Made by a program: the position numbers and the translations under genes
Assembly: GCA_032718475.1 (NCBI GenBank)
Contig: JAUCBJ010000751.1
Span: 979-64,978 of the forward strand
DNA from: Nemertoderma westbladi
Taxonomy: Eukaryota > Animalia > Xenacoelomorpha
Length of the DNA stretch: 64,000 nucleotides
Reading direction: 5' to 3'
Part shown: positions 62,785-64,000 of the stretch, piece by piece
How positions within the stretch are numbered: position 1 is the first letter of the stretch
Layout: the number at the start of each line of letters is the position of its first letter
The notes under the pieces: generated by a model
What the model was told of the DNA's origin: nothing
Database searches by the model: none
What the model saw: only the letters and a program-made list of their open reading frames with translations

Positions 62785-64000
62785 CTGTCATACCAACCCG
62801 GATATATTCCGAGCGATCAGTCGCCCTGACTACGGGGGTCGGGTAGACACGGGGGAAGCGAGGGAGTGGGGTCGGAATGATTCCGAGGTGCGCGGCCCGG
62901 AATACGGGAGGGATATCAAGCGATATCCCCGCAGAGTCGTACTTTATAAATAAAAATATACAACATAAAAAAACCGGTTAAAACAATAACTTTGATAAAA
63001 TTTGAAAATAATTACAAAAAATAAACAAATCGACAAACATGCTAATATTAATACAACCAACCCGAGAATAAGTCGGCCGTTAATTAGATTGGCATTAACG
63101 GTGTATTGATTACCCATCCGTGTTGCCAAGCAATAATTCTCTCAAGGTAATAGATGTTGCCATTCGCTACTCCATTGCGGTACATTAATTGATTGGAGTT
63201 GCATTTAATGTGGGATAAATAACCATATTATACATTTTTGTTTTGAGACATTGGCGCTAATTTACCCACCTGGGGGGGGGGGGGGGGGGGGGGGGTTATT
63301 GTTAGCTTATCATCCCGCTAACACCCCATAAAGTTAAGCCGATAAGCAATATTGGGAGCCACGAGATTGGGTAATTAACCAACTCGTGCCATCCCAATAA
63401 GAATGGGAAGGAGAAGCACACAATTAGGGTCAGGGGCCAAACCCCTAACCCAGAGAGAACAGGTGGAGTGAACGGGAACACTCCAAAGGGCGCAACAAGG
63501 GTATCAACCAATCAGAGGGGGGAAAGGCATCGATTAGGTAGAGTAACAAGGCCAACCGTGCAATATAGCCACTTGGCAGTAATCATATCAATTCAGTTAT
63601 CTCAGTGCAATACTGGTGCTTGTTTAGGTTACATAGTTTAGCTAGGGAAGGACCGGGACTTTAGTTACCGTATCCCGCCTTCCGTATACAACAACATATT
63701 ATCTCATATCTATACCCATATCTATATCTGTATACCCAAATATTATATATGACGAACAGCACAAACTCATTTACTCTTTATACACGGCGGGGACGCGTGA
63801 ACTAAAACCGGATAAACCGGGATGCCTCTTGGATCACGTCACAGTAACTAAATCAGAGCTGCCGCCCTAGCTAACTAAACTCAGCAACCACCAGCCACCA
63901 ATCTGCAGAAGAGGATGAGTCGGTCAGGTGACGACCCGACGCGGACCCCGGACGAAGAGCTAACGATCCGCGAGGCCGCAACCAGGCGATACAGGCCCAC
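62785..64000 (+). mobile_element. Probable 5' end of another LTR retrotransposon (element D): LTR ends at 63843, leader, possible gag start at 63914
   Basis: ..CACGTCACA end coincides with the end of the related copy at 58543; GC-rich open frame MSRSGDDPTRTPDEELTIREAATRR runs off the window; left boundary is a guess. Confidence 0.5.

Noticed and set aside
63272-63295. Poly-G run as a functional G-quadruplex
   Set aside because: Homopolymer length is unreliable and there is no supporting context.

Overview
Eukaryotic (probably invertebrate animal) heterochromatin-like DNA. Bases 1-32223 are a 31-bp satellite array (consensus CTTACTGGCAGAGAACTGTTTATAAACTAAC) interrupted by a near-intact BEL/Pao LTR retrotransposon (element A, minus strand), a truncated copy of it, and a truncated Mag-like Gypsy element. 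After the array come the 3' part of a BEL-related element (C) carrying a decayed accessory ORF with DEDDy exonuclease-like motifs and zinc knuckles, then a 24-bp minisatellite containing an RTE-type LINE, which in turn contains a 12.1-kb internally deleted BEL element (B). The last 12 kb hold several DNA transposons/MITEs (Tc1/mariner-like, nested Academ-like, Sola-like), a predicted 4-exon fibrinogen-related-domain gene and the start of another LTR element (D). Main discovery: three LTR elements with no visible sequence similarity (A and B, both BEL/Pao, and D) lack a recognisable tRNA primer-binding site. In each, the 9-10 nt immediately after the 5' LTR are the perfect reverse complement of a site inside the element's own LTR. 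This is the signature of tRNA-independent, Tf1-type self-priming, which I do not know to be described for BEL/Pao. All calls are from reading the sequence by eye; no searches were run.
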